Positions 59,861 through 64,000 of a stretch of DNA of 64,000 nucleotides are shown here, piece after piece. The notes under the pieces were generated by a model, which made no database searches, had not been told where the DNA came from, and saw only the letters and a list, made by a program, of their open reading frames with translations. The DNA is from Eledone cirrhosa (Eukaryota), in NCBI GenBank assembly GCA_964016885.1, contig OZ024741.1, positions 317,688,001 to 317,752,000 on the forward strand. Direction: 5' to 3'. Made by a program: the position numbers and the translations under genes. Positions within the stretch are counted from its first letter, which is position 1; the number at the start of each line of letters is the position of its first letter.

Positions 59861-60415
59861 CTAAGGCGGGTAAAATTCCCGAGATCCATGGACGAGTTCT
59901 CTCCAGCGGTCCCTGTCCCTCATTATCGCTGCCATGTCCTGCGTCTCCAACAGACCAGTGTCTGTCCTTAGGGCATCAACATACGTTAACCTTGGTCTTT
60001 CTCTTCTAGTGTGTCCATGTAGGGGCTCCCAAAGGAGTACTAAGTGCAATGTCAACTCTGGATGTCGGTGAGCAGGTCCAGCCAACCTCAGTCTCCTCTG
60101 TGTCACTTTTGAGCTGACTTTTGAGCTGGCTTTACTGTAGCACCGGCTCAGAGCAGGAGAGTTAGGGCGAAAAAGGTATCAGATGCTGAATTTGCCGACG
60201 ACATAGTTTTGGTGACAAATACAGTGAAAGAGGCAGAGGATTTGATGCGGGAGGTTGAGACTGCGTCGATGAGTGTGGGGCTGAGAATGAATGAGACTAA
60301 AACAAAATATCTGGTAGAGAATGTTGAGAAGCCAGAGGCGATCACTAATGTAGGTGGGAAGCCGCTGGAATTGGTTGAGGACTTCCTGTATTTGGGAGCA
60401 AAAATTGGGAATTGG

Positions 60416-60416
<1 letters not shown>
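59861..60416. mobile_element. RTE-clade LINE with inverted 5' segment (3' end on minus 59861-60125; RT piece on plus 60125-60416)
   Basis: RRLRLAG...RPRLTYVD...RDRW on minus; EFADDIVL...KTKY...FLYLG on plus. Confidence 0.75.
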
Positions 60417-60453
<37 letters not shown>

Positions 60454-60947
60454 CATATATAATATATATATAATATACATATATAATATATATATAATAT
60501 ATATATATAATATATATATATAATATATAAATATTATAATATATATATATACAATATATAAATATTATAATATAAATATTATAATATATATATATAATAT
60601 ATATATATATAATATATATATATATATATAATATATAAATATTATAATATATATTATATAATATATATATATATATAAAATATATAAATATTATAATATA
60701 TATATATAATATATATATATATATAATATATAAATATTATAATATATATATATAATATATAATATATAAATATTATAATATATATAATATATAAATATAA
60801 TATATATATATAATATATATATATATATAATATATAAATATTATAATATATATATATAAATATTATAATATATATATATATATAAATATTATAATATATA
60901 TATATATATATATAAATATTATAATATATATATATATATATAAATAT

Positions 60948-61288
60948 GGAGGCACATGGCTTAGTTGTTAGAGCATTGGCCTTGCAATCGAAAGGTTGTG
61001 AGTTCAATTCTCAGACCGGGTGATGTGTTGTTTCCTTGAGCAAGACACTTTATTTCACATTGCTCCAGTTTACTCAGCTGTAGAAATGAGATGATAGGAC
61101 TGGGGTCCCTATCATTCCACTGTAAAGTGGTCGTGGAGGTGCCACGGCAAAAAAGCACCCAGCACTCACTGTAAATGAGGTTGGTGTTAGGAAGAGCATC
61201 CAGCTGTAGAAATCAAGCCAGAATTAGTTCCCATCCCACCCTTGCAAGCAGGGAAAAGCGGACGTAAAATGATGATGAATGATGATGA
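60948..61288 (+). mobile_element. Full-length tRNA-CORE-RTE SINE
   Basis: tRNA-like head GGAGGCACATGGCTTAG..GAGTTCAATTC, CORE-like centre, RTE-A 3'UTR, GAT tail. Confidence 0.88.
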
Positions 61289-61749
61289 TATATAAATATT
61301 ATAATATATATATATAATATATATATATAAATATTATAATATATATATATAATATATATATATAAATATTATAATATATATATATAATATATATATATAA
61401 TATATATATATATTTAAATATTATAATATATATATATAATATATATATATATATAAATATTATAATATATATATATATATTAGTCTTACGACTATACAGA
61501 GCATTTGAAGTTTTTCCAAATTGAAGGATAGGTATTTTGAACTTTATTTTGTCATGAGTTAAGGCTCTATTGATTTCTCCTTGGATTTCACTAAATTCTG
61601 TGGATGAATTTATATCCTGATTCTCTTTGAGATGAGTTTAAATTATTTTTCCCACATCTTACGTTAACTATTTTTCCCACGCTATAGTCACTTATATATA
61701 TGGAATGCTGTTCGCTTTTCGCTGCAGTGTTTTCTATACCTTTCATTTA

Positions 61750-61767
61750 TATATATATATAATATAT

Positions 61768-61820
<53 letters not shown>

Positions 61821-61940
61821 AAATATAAATATTATAATATATATATATATAATATATAAATATTATAATATATATATATATATATAATATATATATATAT
61901 ATAATATATAAATATTATAATATATATATATAATATATAT

Positions 61941-61972
<32 letters not shown>

Positions 61973-62217
61973 ATATATATATATATATATAATATATATA
62001 TATAGATATATAATATATATATATATATAATATATAAATATTATAATATATATATATAATATATATATATAATATATAAATATTATAATATATATATATA
62101 ATATATATATATAATATATAAATATTATAATATATATATATTATATATATATAATATATATGTATTATAATATATATATATAATATATATATATAAATAT
62201 TATAATATATATATTAT

Positions 62218-62277
<60 letters not shown>

Positions 62278-62604
62278 TTATAATATATATATATATATAT
62301 ATAAATATAATATATATATATATATATATATAAATATAATATATATATATATATATATATAAATATAATATATATATATATATATATATAAATATAATAT
62401 ATATATATATATATATATAAATATTATAATATATATATATATATATATATAAATATTATAATATATATATATATATATATATAAATATTATGATATATAT
62501 ATATATATAAAGATTATAATATATATATAATATATATATATATATAAATATTATAATATATATATAAATATTATAATATATATATAAATATTATAATATG
62601 TATG

Positions 62605-62640
<36 letters not shown>

Positions 62641-62859
62641 TATATAAATATTATAATATATATATATATTTATATATATAAATATTATAATATATATATA
62701 TATATATATAATATATATATAAACATAATATATATATATATATATAATATATATATAAATATAATATATATATATATAAATATTATTATATATATATATA
62801 TAAATATTATAATATATATATATATAAATATTATAATATATATATATATATATATATAC

Positions 62860-62892
<33 letters not shown>

Positions 62893-63183
62893 ATATATAT
62901 ATAAATATTATATATATAAATATTATATATATAATATATATAATATAATATATATATAATATATATATATAATATATATATAATATATAATATATATATT
63001 ATATATATATTATATATATATAATATATATATAATATATATATTATATATATATTATATATATATAATATATATATAATATATATATTATATATTATATA
63101 TATATTATATATATATATTATATATATATATTATATATATATATTATATATAATATTTATATATATAATATTTATATATATAT

Positions 63184-63218
<35 letters not shown>

Positions 63219-63331
63219 ATATATATATATATATATATATTATAATATTTATATATATATATATTATAATATATATATATATATATAATATATATATATA
63301 AATATTATAATATATATATATATATATATAT

Positions 63332-63366
<35 letters not shown>

Positions 63367-63661
63367 ATATATATATAAATATTATATATATAAATATTAT
63401 ATATATAATATATATATATAATATAATATATATAATATATATATATAATATATATATAATATATAATATATATATTATATATATATTATATATATATAAT
63501 ATATATATAATATATATATTATATATATATTATATATATATAATATATATATAATATATATATTATATATTATATATATATTATATATATATATTATATA
63601 TATATATTATATATATATATTATATATATAATATTTATATATATAATATTTATATATATAT

Positions 63662-63696
<35 letters not shown>

Positions 63697-63788
63697 ATAT
63701 ATATATATATATATATATTATAATATTTATATATATATATATTATAATATTTATATATATATATATAATAATATTTATATATATATAT
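61750..63788. repeat. (TA)n array with TAA/TTA interruptions
   Basis: Direct inspection. Confidence 0.95.
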
Positions 63789-63988
63789 NNNNNNNNNNNN
63801 NNNNNNNNNNNNNNNNNNNNNNNNNNNNNNNNNNNNNNNNNNNNNNNNNNNNNNNNNNNNNNNNNNNNNNNNNNNNNNNNNNNNNNNNNNNNNNNNNNNN
63901 NNNNNNNNNNNNNNNNNNNNNNNNNNNNNNNNNNNNNNNNNNNNNNNNNNNNNNNNNNNNNNNNNNNNNNNNNNNNNNNNNNNNNNNN
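63789..63988. other. Assembly gap (200 N)
   Basis: N run. Confidence 0.99.
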
Positions 63989-64000
63989 TCCACGCTCGCA

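Noticed and set aside
60948-61020. tRNA gene
   Set aside because: Imperfect cloverleaf that continues into SINE body and tail; multiple copies.
62880-63788. ~480-bp higher-order duplication in the terminal TA array
   Set aside because: Adjacent to an assembly gap; cannot be distinguished from an artefact.

Overview
Eukaryotic, gene-poor, repeat-dominated DNA. The SINE/LINE repertoire and the giant (TA)n arrays look like an octopod cephalopod; this is inferred from repeat similarity only. No host protein-coding gene could be supported, and the long 'IYIY' ORFs are translated microsatellite. The window is a (TA)n matrix densely filled with retroelements: young RTE LINEs (two main subfamilies, with a PHD-like finger inside the RT), a Tx1/L1-like LINE, a nested RTE > RTE/Expander-like > CRE-like stack, Penelope-like (GIY-YIG) fragments, tRNA-CORE and Nin-domain SINEs, a Tc1/mariner MITE and a non-autonomous Helitron. 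Reading both strands by eye gives about nine conventional type I hammerhead ribozyme (HHR) motifs. The most striking observation is a repeat family with three copies (16950, 17462, 24439) that carries the full hammerhead core in a non-circularly permuted strand order. It can fold as a double pseudoknot with a box C/D-type kink-turn, is supported by compensatory base changes between copies, and sits in a 512-bp tandem unit resembling a retrozyme or circRNA precursor. All ribozyme calls are manual folds; activity is untested.
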